Both the position numbers and the translations under genes were made by a program. Under the pieces are notes generated by a model. The model made no database searches and was not told where the DNA came from. It worked only from the letters and a program-made list of their open reading frames with translations. Source: Gammaproteobacteria bacterium (GTDB lineage: Bacteria; Pseudomonadota; Gammaproteobacteria; GCA-001735895). Taken from it: a stretch of DNA of 41,544 nucleotides. The stretch's first letter is position 1. The number at the start of each line of letters is the position of its first letter. The stretch is taken from the NCBI GenBank assembly GCA_050298595.1, contig JBNKUM010000023.1, positions 1 to 41,544 of the forward strand, read 5' to 3'. Below, piece by piece: positions 12,603 to 22,693 of this stretch.

Positions 12603-15308
12603 ATGAATGAAGAGAAAAGAAAAAAACTGGTTTTAGTGGATGGTAGTTCCTACCTGTTCCGGGCATTCCATGGGCTGCCACCGCTTACGAGTCAGGGCCA
12701 TCCGACAGGCGCTATCTATGGTGTTTTGAACATGCTACGTAAATTATTGCAGGATGAACAACCAGACTATATCGCGGTTGTTTTTGATGCCAAGGGTAAA
12801 ACATTCCGGAATGATATTTACCCGGAATATAAAGCCAACCGGCCCCCCATGCCGGATGATTTGAGAGTACAGATTGAACCATTACACGAGATTATACGTG
12901 CTCAGGGTCTGCCGCTGGTCATTATCGATAAGGTTGAAGCCGATGACGTGATTGGTACCCTGGCCAGACAGGGAAAGGAACAGGGCCTACAGGTGTTGAT
13001 TTCCACAGGCGATAAAGACATGGCGCAACTGGTATGTGATGAAATCACCCTGATCAATACCATGAATATGGTGCATATGGATAAAGCTATGGTGGAAGAG
13101 AAGTTTCAGGTAAAGCCGGAGCAGATCATTGATTACCTGGCTTTGATGGGTGATGCATCAGATAACATTCCAGGGGTTCCCAAGGTCGGGCCGAAAACCG
13201 CCAGTAAATGGTTGAATGAATGGCAATCACTGGACAATATTATTGCAAATGCAGATAAATTCGGCGGCAAGATCGGAGAAAACCTGCGCGCTTCAATCGA
13301 ATTCCTTCCTATGTCCTACAAATTAGCAACTATCGTACAGGATGTGGAACTGGATTTAGAAATAAGCAACCTCAAACAACAGTCGGTAGATGCAGAGACA
13401 TTAATCGAGTATTACGAAAGATTTAATTTCAAGCGCTGGCTCGACGAACTGGAAAACGAAGGTATCGTCACCGAAGCTAAATCACAGCCAACGCAGAATG
13501 ATGCCGAATATCAAACCGTACTGGATGAATCAACATTCAATGACTGGCTGAAGCGCCTGCAAAATGCAGAATTGATCAGTATAGATACTGAAACCACCAG
13601 TGTTAATTATATGGATGCACAACTGGTCGGTATTTCAATCTGTTTACAAATCGACCAGGCCTGTTATATCCCGCTGGCGCATAGCTATGCAGGAGCGCCC
13701 AAACAACTGGACAGAGAATGGGTACTGGAACAACTCAAGCCAGTATTACTCAATCCAGCTATTGGCAAGGTTGGACAGAATATCAAATACGATTATCACA
13801 TTCTGCATAAATATGGCATTGAAATGCAGGGCATAGCGCATGACACCATGCTGCAATCCTATGTGCTTAACTCGACAGCTACGCGTCACAATATGGATGA
13901 TCTGGCCAGTTATTACCTGGGGCTTCAAACCATTCATTACGAAGATGTCGCCGGAAAAGGTGCAAAGCAAATCACCTTCGATCAGGTTGCCCTCGAACAG
14001 GCCGGGCCCTATGCCAGTGAAGACGCTGATATCACGCTACAGTTACACGAAAAACTATATCCACAGCTGGCAGCAGACTCGACGCTATTAAAAGTGTATC
14101 AGGATATAGAGATGCCGCTGGTTAATGTGCTGGCGAGAATCGAAAATAATGGTGTCTGTCTGGATCAGGCTATGCTGGAAAAACAGGGAATGGAAGTTGA
14201 TGAGCTGCTGCAAACCATACAGCAGACTATCTATGAGCTAGCCGATGAAAGCTTTAATCTGAGTTCACCCAAACAAATACAGCAAATTCTGTTCGAAAAA
14301 CTGAATATACCGGTGCTACGCAAAACCCCAAAAGGTCAACCATCAACCGCCGAAGATGTTCTTGAAGAGCTGGCAAATGAGTATGAAATTCCGCGCCTGT
14401 TACTGGAACACCGAAGCCTGAATAAATTGAAAACAACCTATATCGACAAACTGCCCAAAGAGATCAATCTCAATACCGGTCGTATCCATACCTCCTACCA
14501 ACAGGCGATAGCATCTACCGGCCGATTGTCATCCACCAATCCAAATTTACAGAATATCCCCGTCCGTAATGCTCAGGGTCGCCGTATCCGCGAAGCGTTT
14601 ATCGCTCCGGATGGCTATAAAATCATGGCACTAGATTATTCTCAGATTGAGCTACGTATCATGGCGCATCTATCTGCCGATGTCAGTCTGGTAAAGGCAT
14701 TTGAACAGGGTCTGGATGTTCATCGAGCTACAGCCAGTGAAGTATTTGGTGTAGCGACTGAAGAGGTCAGTAGCGATCAGCGTCGTGCTGCGAAAGCGAT
14801 TAACTTTGGATTGATCTACGGTATGTCTGCCTTTGGCTTGGGAAAGCAGTTAAATATCGGTCGTAATGCCGCTCAGGAATATGTGGACCTGTATTTCGAG
14901 CGCTATCCAGGAGTGAAGAATTATATGGATCGAACCCGAGAACAGGCTCACGAACAGGGTTATGTGGAAACCGTGTTCGGACGGAGACTGTATCTACCCG
15001 AACTGAAATCACGCAATGCCCAACGAAGGCAGTATGCAGAACGAACCGCCATAAATGCACCCATGCAGGGAACTGCAGCGGATATTATCAAGATCGCCAT
15101 GATTCGGGTGGATGAATGGCTGCGTGAGCAAGGTGATCACATACGCATGATTATGCAGGTACACGATGAACTGGTTTTTGAAGTTCCAGATGATTTGCTG
15201 GAAAGCAGTCAAATAGAGCTGGCAGAAATGATGACATCAGCTGCTAACTTATCGGTACCACTGGAAGTAGATGCAGGGATCGGTTTGAACTGGAACGAAG
15301 CCCATTAA
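12603..15308 (+). CDS. polA: DNA polymerase I
   Basis: 5'-3' exonuclease LVDGSSYLFRAFH, 3'-5' exonuclease DTETT, DYSQIELR, QVHDELVFE. Confidence 0.99.
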   Translation: MNEEKRKKLVLVDGSSYLFRAFHGLPPLTSQGHPTGAIYGVLNMLRKLLQDEQPDYIAVVFDAKGKTFRNDIYPEYKANRPPMPDDLRVQIEPLHEIIRAQGLPLVIIDKVEADDVIGTLARQGKEQGLQVLISTGDKDMAQLVCDEITLINTMNMVHMDKAMVEEKFQVKPEQIIDYLALMGDASDNIPGVPKVGPKTASKWLNEWQSLDNIIANADKFGGKIGENLRASIEFLPMSYKLATIVQDVELDLEISNLKQQSVDAETLIEYYERFNFKRWLDELENEGIVTEAKSQPTQNDAEYQTVLDESTFNDWLKRLQNAELISIDTETTSVNYMDAQLVGISICLQIDQACYIPLAHSYAGAPKQLDREWVLEQLKPVLLNPAIGKVGQNIKYDYHILHKYGIEMQGIAHDTMLQSYVLNSTATRHNMDDLASYYLGLQTIHYEDVAGKGAKQITFDQVALEQAGPYASEDADITLQLHEKLYPQLAADSTLLKVYQDIEMPLVNVLARIENNGVCLDQAMLEKQGMEVDELLQTIQQTIYELADESFNLSSPKQIQQILFEKLNIPVLRKTPKGQPSTAEDVLEELANEYEIPRLLLEHRSLNKLKTTYIDKLPKEINLNTGRIHTSYQQAIASTGRLSSTNPNLQNIPVRNAQGRRIREAFIAPDGYKIMALDYSQIELRIMAHLSADVSLVKAFEQGLDVHRATASEVFGVATEEVSSDQRRAAKAINFGLIYGMSAFGLGKQLNIGRNAAQEYVDLYFERYPGVKNYMDRTREQAHEQGYVETVFGRRLYLPELKSRNAQRRQYAERTAINAPMQGTAADIIKIAMIRVDEWLREQGDHIRMIMQVHDELVFEVPDDLLESSQIELAEMMTSAANLSVPLEVDAGIGLNWNEAH

Positions 15309-15399
15309 CCGTTTGTCGGTAATTTCACTGATTATATCAATGTGAGCAGAATTTTTGTGCCTGTTCTGGAACAGAAAGTGGAAAAGTGAGTCATACTTA

Positions 15400-15507
15400 A
15401 TATGCGCACAAGCCCGGCGCAATCCGTTCTGACCTATTTGGAACGGATAGATCCGGTAACCCCACCGGGTCAAATTTTAAGCCCTGACACTTTGTCAGGG
15501 CTTTTTT
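15400..15507 (+). ncRNA. Candidate small RNA at the polA-engB (spf/ErsA-syntenic) position; ends approximate
   Basis: Consecutive stems ATCCGTTC/GAACGGAT (15422-15448) and GATCCGGT-AACCCC-ACCGGGTC (15450-15471), then a terminator; possible ECF-type promoter GGAACAG..GTCATA at 15368-15395. Confidence 0.5.
15479..15507 (+). terminator. Rho-independent terminator
   Basis: AAGCCCTGACA-CTT-TGTCAGGGCTT plus T tract. Confidence 0.85.
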
Positions 15508-15554
15508 GTGCCTGGTGAAAATTATCCAGTGATGATGATCATTCAGTTACTGGA

Positions 15555-16145
15555 TCAATCCATCTGCAAAAGACGGTGACAACGTGACTGAAATTCATCC
15601 AGACCTTCGCCAGAGCTGGCAGAAAAGCAGGAGGCGGTGATGTCATATTGGGATAATTCCTTTCGACAGCCAAGCAATACCTTTTGTTGACCACCTCGAT
15701 TCAGTTTGTCAGCCTTGGTTAACAGGATATGGATAGGCAATTGATTATCCACAAGATTGATCAGCCCCCAGTCCATATCGGTGAGTCCTCTGCGAATATC
15801 GACAACGATGATCAAACCAGTTAAAGATTTCCTTTCTTTTAGATAACGGCTTAACACTTCATTCCAGTGGTTGCGCATCTTTATTGGCACCTTGGCATAG
15901 CCGTATCCAGGCAGATCGACGAGACGGCGACCGTCATCAACAGCAAAAAAATTGATTAACTGGGTCCTGCCCGGCGTTTTACTGGTCTTGCACAGATTTT
16001 TCTGACTTGTTAAACGATTGACCGCAGTAGACTTACCTGCATTAGAACGTCCAGCGAAGGCAATTTCGACACCTTCATCCGGGACCAGCTGAGAAATTTC
16101 AAAAGCACTTGATATAAATCGTGCCTGACGTAATGGTGAGGACAT
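15555..16145 (-). CDS. engB: Ribosome biogenesis GTPase EngB/YihA (start moved to MSSPLRQ)
   Basis: EIAFAGRSNAGKS, SKTPGRTQLINFF, DLPGYGYA, TKADK; the track's 16235 start would overlap the c4 start. Confidence 0.95.
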   Translation of the reverse strand: MSSPLRQARFISSAFEISQLVPDEGVEIAFAGRSNAGKSTAVNRLTSQKNLCKTSKTPGRTQLINFFAVDDGRRLVDLPGYGYAKVPIKMRNHWNEVLSRYLKERKSLTGLIIVVDIRRGLTDMDWGLINLVDNQLPIHILLTKADKLNRGGQQKVLLGCRKELSQYDITASCFSASSGEGLDEFQSRCHRLLQMD

Positions 16146-16234
16146 TAAAAGGTGACTCTTATTGAATAGGAAAGGCAGGTATGATATACATTCCGCCCCA
16201 AAATTTCTGTACTTCATTTTAATTAGGAGAGCCA

Positions 16235-16846
16235 ATGAAACCTCGCCATATCAAAGCGGTTCTATTAGGACTGAGCAGCCTGATGGCTGTAAGTATTACG
16301 CAGGCAGCGGATATCGAAGCCGGTAAATCAAAAACCCTTGTATGTGTCGCTTGTCATGGAGCAGATGGTAATAGTGTCAATCCAATCTGGCCACGTCTTG
16401 CAGGCCAGAACGCATCATATATCGCAAAACAGCTACGCGATTTTAAAACAATGAAGCGTATGAATCCAACAATGCAGGGTATGGCAGCCACCGTACAGGA
16501 TGCAGATATCGACAACATAGCGGCTTATTTTGAATCACAGAAACAGGTAGCAGCCACTTTTGATAAGTCACTACTGGAAATGGGGCAAAATATCTATCGT
16601 GGTGGTATTGCAGAAACTTCTGTAGCTGCCTGTATGAGTTGTCATGGCCCTTCTGGATCGGGCAATGGCCCAGCTGGATTTCCATCACTAAAAAGCCAGC
16701 ATCCAGAGTACATTGTGTCTCAACTGCAAGGATTTAAAGATGGCTTACGTGCCAACGATACCGGTAAGATGATGCGTGGCGTTGCCAAACGCATGTCTGA
16801 AAAGGAAATGAAAGCTGTAGCTGCTTATATTGCAGCGATGAAATAA
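16235..16846 (+). CDS. Diheme cytochrome c4
   Basis: Signal peptide; two CxxCH motifs (CVACH, CMSCH); divergent from engB and upstream of dsbA, the usual arrangement. Confidence 0.92.
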   Translation: MKPRHIKAVLLGLSSLMAVSITQAADIEAGKSKTLVCVACHGADGNSVNPIWPRLAGQNASYIAKQLRDFKTMKRMNPTMQGMAATVQDADIDNIAAYFESQKQVAATFDKSLLEMGQNIYRGGIAETSVAACMSCHGPSGSGNGPAGFPSLKSQHPEYIVSQLQGFKDGLRANDTGKMMRGVAKRMSEKEMKAVAAYIAAMK

Positions 16847-16863
16847 TTCTCTTTATTGTTTTA

Positions 16864-16904
16864 ACCCTGCTGGATCTACAAAAATTGCTCAGATCCAGTA
16901 GGGT
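16864..16904 (+). terminator. Stem-loop after the cytochrome c4 gene
   Basis: ACCCTGCTGGATCT / AGATCCAGTAGGGT inverted repeat; weak U tract. Confidence 0.5.
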
Positions 16905-17074
16905 AAATCAGCATCAATTCATGCTATATTCAGGCAAATTTATTATGATTGCTGCTGGCTGGCATACTGATATCTCTTCCCGCCGCTAAGAAACTCATTT
17001 TTCCTGCCTTAGTTGATAAAACTTCGGCGAATAAAAAGAGTCTCAATCAGTTCACGAATACTAGAGGTGACTCC

Positions 17075-17701
17075 ATGATTTTAAAAAGGTATATGATTTT
17101 TATTGCCCTGCTACTTGGCTTTTCGTCGACATGGGCAGCAACTTTTGAGGCGGGTGTAGAATACGCTGTGCTGGATCAGCCAGTAGCAACTAGCAATCCC
17201 GATAAGGTAGTGGTGAATGAAATGTTCTGGTATGGCTGTCCGCACTGTTTTCACCTGGAACCCTTTGTTGAAAAGTGGTCCAAGACCAAGCCTGACGGAG
17301 TCGTTCTGGAAAGAATACCATCAGTTTTGAATCCTCGCTGGATTGAAGGTGCGCGTGCTTTTTTTGCGTTAAAGGTGATGGGTGAGATTGACAAGGTACA
17401 TAGTAAATTGTTTGAAGCGATACATCTGCAGCGTCAAAGGTTGAATAATGAAGATGCTTTCGCAAAATTCGTTGCTGATCTAGGCATTGATGAAAAGCAA
17501 TTTCGTGAAAACTACCATTCCTTCCCTGTCGACACAATGATACGCAAGAATCGTCAAAAAGAGCGTAAATATGGTCACAATGGCGTGCCTGCGATTATTG
17601 TCAATGGTAAGTATCGTACCAGTGCCTCAATGGCCGGTAGCAATGATCGTCTGTTTGAGGTAGTAAATTTTCTGGTGAATAAGGAACTGGCAGCAAAATA
17701 A
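17075..17701 (+). CDS. dsbA: Thiol:disulfide interchange protein DsbA (start moved to MILKRY)
   Basis: FWYGCPHCF active site, GVPAIIVNGKY cis-Pro loop; GAGGTG RBS before 17075; signal peptide. Confidence 0.93.
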   Translation: MILKRYMIFIALLLGFSSTWAATFEAGVEYAVLDQPVATSNPDKVVVNEMFWYGCPHCFHLEPFVEKWSKTKPDGVVLERIPSVLNPRWIEGARAFFALKVMGEIDKVHSKLFEAIHLQRQRLNNEDAFAKFVADLGIDEKQFRENYHSFPVDTMIRKNRQKERKYGHNGVPAIIVNGKYRTSASMAGSNDRLFEVVNFLVNKELAAK

Positions 17702-17725
17702 TTATCCACCACAAAAATATATATT

Positions 17726-17765
17726 AGAGCTGCAAAGCGTACAGTTGGGCGTTGCAGCTCTTTTT
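17726..17765 (+). terminator. Rho-independent terminator after dsbA
   Basis: AGAGCTGCAA...TTGCAGCTCT plus T tract. Confidence 0.7.
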
Positions 17766-17852
17766 ATAGCCAGTTAAAATTAATAAGCCCCCCTTGATCC
17801 GGTAAAATCGGTACCGGTATCCTGATTAGAATAAGATTAAGGAGATAAGTAG

Positions 17853-18977
17853 ATGTCCAATGTAGTCATAGTAGGCGCAGGATTTGCAGCCTGTACGGCG
17901 GTTAAAACTCTGAGAAAACAGGGATATCGAGATAAAATTACCTTAATAGCACCACGCGCCGAACTGTTTTACTATCCAAGTCTTATTTGGGTTCCAGCAG
18001 GAAAACGGAATTATCAGGATCTGGTTATCCCACTTCAAAATTTCTTTCATAAAAATAATGTCGACTATATTCAGTCCAGGGTTACGGGTATAGACACAGA
18101 GTCTCGGAAAGTTCATATCGAAATGGAATCTATAGATTACGATGCGCTAATTATCGGTACTGGCGGTCGTTATATACGCAAATTGCCCGGTATTGAAAAT
18201 GCCTGTATAGCCTGTAGTGGATGGAAAGATACTAAAGCTTTTTCAGATAAACTGGCGACAATGAACGAAGGTACCATCGCTTTTGGTTTTGCCAGTAATC
18301 CTAATGAGCCCGCGGCTATGCGCGGTGGCCCGGTATTCGAATTTCTTTTTGGTGTCGATACCATGCTAAGACAACAGGGACGGCGTGATGATTTTAATCT
18401 GGTCTTTTTCAGCCCTGCCCCACGTCCTGGTCAACGCCTGGGGGATAAAGCCGTAGACCGAATTCTTGCTGAAATGAAAAAACGTAACATCAAAACTTAT
18501 CTGGGTAAGAAGATGAAGCGTTTCAGTGAAAATAGTATAGAAACTGAATCAGAAACTTTTGCCGCTGACCTTATCCTGTTTATTCCTGGAATGACGGGGC
18601 CCGAATGGGCTGCACAATCTGGACTGACCTTATCTGAAGGCGGGTTTTTTAAAGCCAATAAATATTGTCAGGTTGAAGGTCAGGACAGAGTTTTTGTTGC
18701 CGGAGATGCAGGAAGTTTTCCTGGACCAGACTGGAGACCTAAGCAGGCGCATATGGCAGATCTGCAAGCCGAAGCCGCCGCAAAAAATGTAATACAGGTA
18801 TTACAATTGATGAAGCCTCGGCATACCTTCAAAACAGAATTGATATGTATCATAGATACCCTGACCAATGGCAGTCTGGTTTATAGAAGTGAAAAAAGGG
18901 GATTTATGATGAAAATGCCACCTTTGCATTGGTTGAAGAAGTGGTATGAAAGGCTTTATTTGAACGACTACCATTAA
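17853..18977 (+). CDS. sqrF: Sulfide:quinone oxidoreductase, type VI (SqrF)-like
   Basis: GAGFAA FAD motif; 374 aa; Cys121, Glu163, Cys272, Cys332 (counted manually); RGGPVFEF replaces the Cys-containing motif of other SQR types. Confidence 0.78.
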   Translation: MSNVVIVGAGFAACTAVKTLRKQGYRDKITLIAPRAELFYYPSLIWVPAGKRNYQDLVIPLQNFFHKNNVDYIQSRVTGIDTESRKVHIEMESIDYDALIIGTGGRYIRKLPGIENACIACSGWKDTKAFSDKLATMNEGTIAFGFASNPNEPAAMRGGPVFEFLFGVDTMLRQQGRRDDFNLVFFSPAPRPGQRLGDKAVDRILAEMKKRNIKTYLGKKMKRFSENSIETESETFAADLILFIPGMTGPEWAAQSGLTLSEGGFFKANKYCQVEGQDRVFVAGDAGSFPGPDWRPKQAHMADLQAEAAAKNVIQVLQLMKPRHTFKTELICIIDTLTNGSLVYRSEKRGFMMKMPPLHWLKKWYERLYLNDYH

Positions 18978-21900
18978 TGGGAATTTGAGTATTCTTGAAT
19001 AAGTTGAGTAACCTTCTGGAGTTCGTCGCTAATTGTCTGAAGCTGTAAAATCGATATATCTGAATTATTAGCACAATCTTTCTCCAGGATTTCAGCAAGA
19101 GTAGATAATAGGCTAGCACCCAGATTAGCACTTGCTGATTTTAAACTATGCGCCATACGTTGTATGGTTTTTATATCCTGCAGTTTATATGCAGACCACA
19201 TTTCATCAATATTAGATTGTGAGCTCTCAATAAATGCATGGATCAGGTCTTCGAAATCTTCATCCATTAACTGTTTAAGATCGTCCAGAGAATTTATATC
19301 TAATGAGCTAATAGATGAATTTTGTTCAATAGATTTTTGATAGCCATTAGATATTGCTACCCCCAGTGTTTGCTGAATTGAAGAGACTAATATCTCACTA
19401 CTAAATGGCTTTGCAACAAAAGAACTCATACCGGTCGCAAGGCATTTTTCTTTGTCTGATTTTGTGGCGTTGGCAGTTAACGCAATGATTGGGATATTGA
19501 TATTATTTTGATGCTGATATTGAATGATTTCTTCGGTTGCCTCGAAGCCATCTTTGACGGGCATGTGACAGTCCATCAAAACTATATCGAAAGATTGCTG
19601 TTTAAATTTATCAATAGCCTGTTGCCCATTATCAGCAATTTCAATAATAAAACCATGTTTCTCCAGTAAATTTTTAGCCACCATTTGATTAACAGGATTA
19701 TCCTCAGCCAGCAGTACTCTGATACCATTAAAATCATATTCAAGAATACTGTCATTTTTAGAATCTATTACCTGGTGGCGGGTAATAATTCCATGCTTGT
19801 GGGAAGACGGATTTTTAAACTCACCCAAAACCTTTTCTAAAGTATCATGTATCTCCTGGGCCAGGCCTGGTTTTGATAGGTAAGCAGAAAATCCAAGATT
19901 TTCAAAAAATTTCGCATCACCACGACGGGCAAGAGATGAGTAAACAACCAGAGGACAGGGAGGAATCTTTTTATCATTAAGAATCATTTTACCAAGTTCA
20001 GCACCATTCAGTTCTGGCATGAGATAATCGAGTATCACCAGTTCAAACGGATTATCTTGAGCAGCTGATGATCTAAGGATCTGTATAGCTTGTGTATGAT
20101 TAGTTGCAGTAGTCACGAGCATCCCAAAATTAAGCAATTGATCCTTCAAAACCTGAAGGTTCGCTGGATTATCGTCAATGATAAGAACTCGACGGCCATG
20201 GATAGATTTTGAAGAAAGCGTGTTACGTTTATCCAGTACGGGTAATTCGATATCAAAAAAGAATTTGGAACCTTCACCAAATTTGCTTTCAATATGAATT
20301 TGACCACCCATCAAATCGACCAGCTTTTTACTAATGGCCAGGCCTAGACCAGTGCCACCATATTTTCGTGTCGTCGAACTGTCAGCTTGAGTGAAAGAGT
20401 CAAATAATTTCTTTTGTACTTGTTCCTGAATACCAATACCAGTATCGATGACAGAAAATCGAAGAAGAACTTTGTGCTTTTTAGGTGAAGCAATTGGTTC
20501 GACCTGTAAGATCACATGACCGTGTTCGGTAAATTTTATGGCATTGCCGACAAGGTTTAATAATATTTGCCGAATTCGTCCGGCATCACCGCGAACCAAT
20601 CTGGGACAATCTGCAGAAAAGTTGAGTATAAGTTCCAGGTTTTTTTCACTGGCTCTAGGTATGAGTAAAGAACAGATATCATAAGCCGAACGTTCGAGAT
20701 CAAATTCTACGATATCCATTTCCATATGACCGGCTTCAATTTTAGAAAAGTCCAGAATATCATTAATAATGGTAAGTAGAGATTTACCGGAACGAGCGAT
20801 AGTAGAAACGTATTTATGCTGTTCTTCGTTTAATACGGTGTCCTCAAGTAATTCGGTCATACCAAGAATACCATTCATTGGTGTTCTGATTTCATGGCTC
20901 ATGGTTGCAAGAAATTCTGATTTCGCTTTAGCGGCAGCTTCAGCTTCATTTTTGGCGAAAATAAGTGATTTTTGAGCAAGAACGCGTTCGGTGATGTCAG
21001 TCAAAACCAGAGAGTAATACTGAATATTACTATCAGATTGCAGTGTCATTAAATACACGGAAAAATAAATTTCCAGTCCGTATACAGTGGTATACATAGT
21101 TTCACCGGCCCAAAAATTATTTTTATTCGCGAGGGGTATCGCCTCATTGATGATAAGCGATAATAATTTCTGGTCGAAAAATAAATCCTCCAGAGTAATC
21201 TTATTGTAGAGCTGATTAGAAGATAATCCGAAAATATCACGAGCTGCTTTATTGAGGGATAAAATATTACCATCGAGAGTGAAAGTTAGCATCAGGTCAG
21301 GACTGGCCTCGCTAATTTGTAATAGCCGTTTTTGTTCCTGCAGAATATTATATGTTTTGGTTATATCAGTGAAAGAAATGATAGCAATTCTATTATTATT
21401 TGAATCAGTAACAGGGACTGAGCTTAGTTGTACATTGACTACCTTACCTTTTTTATCCCACAGGACTTGTTCGTAAAGATGAAGGTCTAAACCTATATCT
21501 AAACGTTTAAATATAAGTGAGTCTTTCCATGTTGTAGCCTGATTCTGATGTTCTTTATATTGAATGGCCTGGGTAAAATTCTGGCCCAGTAATTCAATTC
21601 TTGAATAGCCTAAAATCCCCAGTGCAGTTTGATTAATAAAAGTTATCGTTCCATTCGATTCGACTTCGATAATGCCAGTATCTACCGAATCGAGTAGATT
21701 ACGAATGCGCTCATCGGTTCGTTTTAATTCGCGTTGATATTTAATCGTATCAGTTTGATCATGTAGATAAAGTATATAAAAACTTTCATCACTGGAGAAT
21801 GCCTGTCGTAATACTATATCCAGTATGACTTCGTTTTGAAACTTATCATAAACAGAAGATAAAATACGACGTTCAGGTGGTTGCTGAAAAAAAATAGTGG

Positions 21901-22693
21901 ATAGATCTTCAAAAAAGTCAACTTGAGCATTTATATGTAAAATTTTAGAGATCTGCAGCCCTACAACTTCCTTTTTTTTCCAGCCTAGCATTTGAAACGC
22001 TGAATTGTTCCAGTCAATAATCGTTCCTTCAATATCAATAGAGACAATGGCGTCAACTGAAACATCGACAATATTTCGTACCATTGCCTCACTGTTCAAT
22101 AATTCTATGGTTGTTAGAATGTTTTTTCTGGCGCTATTACTATTTTTAATTAAGGTAGAAATTTGATAAGCGAGATATACCAAAATGACTATTATCAGTT
22201 CAAAAGAATTATTTTCTACGAACAAAAAAACAAAAAATACTAATGGAGCCAGGGTCAGGGATATATAAAGAATTCCCGTACGGATAAATCCGGTCATAGA
22301 GGTTGCTGCTGTGGTTGCAAATGCAGCAAGGCACAGGTATGAAATTAACTGGTTGGTAACATTATGATGATCTATAAAAAAAAATGGGATACAGGCCCAG
22401 CACAATGCTGGAACTAACTGGTTTAAAAAAATTAGCTGGATATAAAGCTGATCAGATTTAATTTTACCCTGGGTATATAAATTACGACAGTATATGCGCG
22501 TAAGACCTGAAAAGGTTAGCGTGACGCACCAGAAAAATAAAATAATGTGGTTGCTGGTAGGGTAATAAATGTAAGCAAGCAGAATTGTGACAGCGATAAT
22601 TCCACCTACGGTAGAAGTGACCGAGTTATGGTATATCTCAAAAAGTCTACGGGTGTAATTACTACTCTGTGATATATCGAAGGAAGTGCTCAA
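18974..22693 (-). CDS. Hybrid sensor histidine kinase (multi-TM, 3 PAS, HisKA, HATPase, 2 REC, HPt)
   Basis: FLATMSHEIRTPMNG H-box, NLVGNAIKFT, GGTGLGL, two receiver domains, AHSLKSASANLGA HPt. Confidence 0.95.
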   Translation of the reverse strand: MSTSFDISQSSNYTRRLFEIYHNSVTSTVGGIIAVTILLAYIYYPTSNHIILFFWCVTLTFSGLTRIYCRNLYTQGKIKSDQLYIQLIFLNQLVPALCWACIPFFFIDHHNVTNQLISYLCLAAFATTAATSMTGFIRTGILYISLTLAPLVFFVFLFVENNSFELIIVILVYLAYQISTLIKNSNSARKNILTTIELLNSEAMVRNIVDVSVDAIVSIDIEGTIIDWNNSAFQMLGWKKKEVVGLQISKILHINAQVDFFEDLSTIFFQQPPERRILSSVYDKFQNEVILDIVLRQAFSSDESFYILYLHDQTDTIKYQRELKRTDERIRNLLDSVDTGIIEVESNGTITFINQTALGILGYSRIELLGQNFTQAIQYKEHQNQATTWKDSLIFKRLDIGLDLHLYEQVLWDKKGKVVNVQLSSVPVTDSNNNRIAIISFTDITKTYNILQEQKRLLQISEASPDLMLTFTLDGNILSLNKAARDIFGLSSNQLYNKITLEDLFFDQKLLSLIINEAIPLANKNNFWAGETMYTTVYGLEIYFSVYLMTLQSDSNIQYYSLVLTDITERVLAQKSLIFAKNEAEAAAKAKSEFLATMSHEIRTPMNGILGMTELLEDTVLNEEQHKYVSTIARSGKSLLTIINDILDFSKIEAGHMEMDIVEFDLERSAYDICSLLIPRASEKNLELILNFSADCPRLVRGDAGRIRQILLNLVGNAIKFTEHGHVILQVEPIASPKKHKVLLRFSVIDTGIGIQEQVQKKLFDSFTQADSSTTRKYGGTGLGLAISKKLVDLMGGQIHIESKFGEGSKFFFDIELPVLDKRNTLSSKSIHGRRVLIIDDNPANLQVLKDQLLNFGMLVTTATNHTQAIQILRSSAAQDNPFELVILDYLMPELNGAELGKMILNDKKIPPCPLVVYSSLARRGDAKFFENLGFSAYLSKPGLAQEIHDTLEKVLGEFKNPSSHKHGIITRHQVIDSKNDSILEYDFNGIRVLLAEDNPVNQMVAKNLLEKHGFIIEIADNGQQAIDKFKQQSFDIVLMDCHMPVKDGFEATEEIIQYQHQNNINIPIIALTANATKSDKEKCLATGMSSFVAKPFSSEILVSSIQQTLGVAISNGYQKSIEQNSSISSLDINSLDDLKQLMDEDFEDLIHAFIESSQSNIDEMWSAYKLQDIKTIQRMAHSLKSASANLGASLLSTLAEILEKDCANNSDISILQLQTISDELQKVTQLIQEYSNSH

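Noticed and set aside
15745-15753. Perfect DnaA box inside engB
   Set aside because: Isolated single 9-mer in coding DNA; could occur by chance
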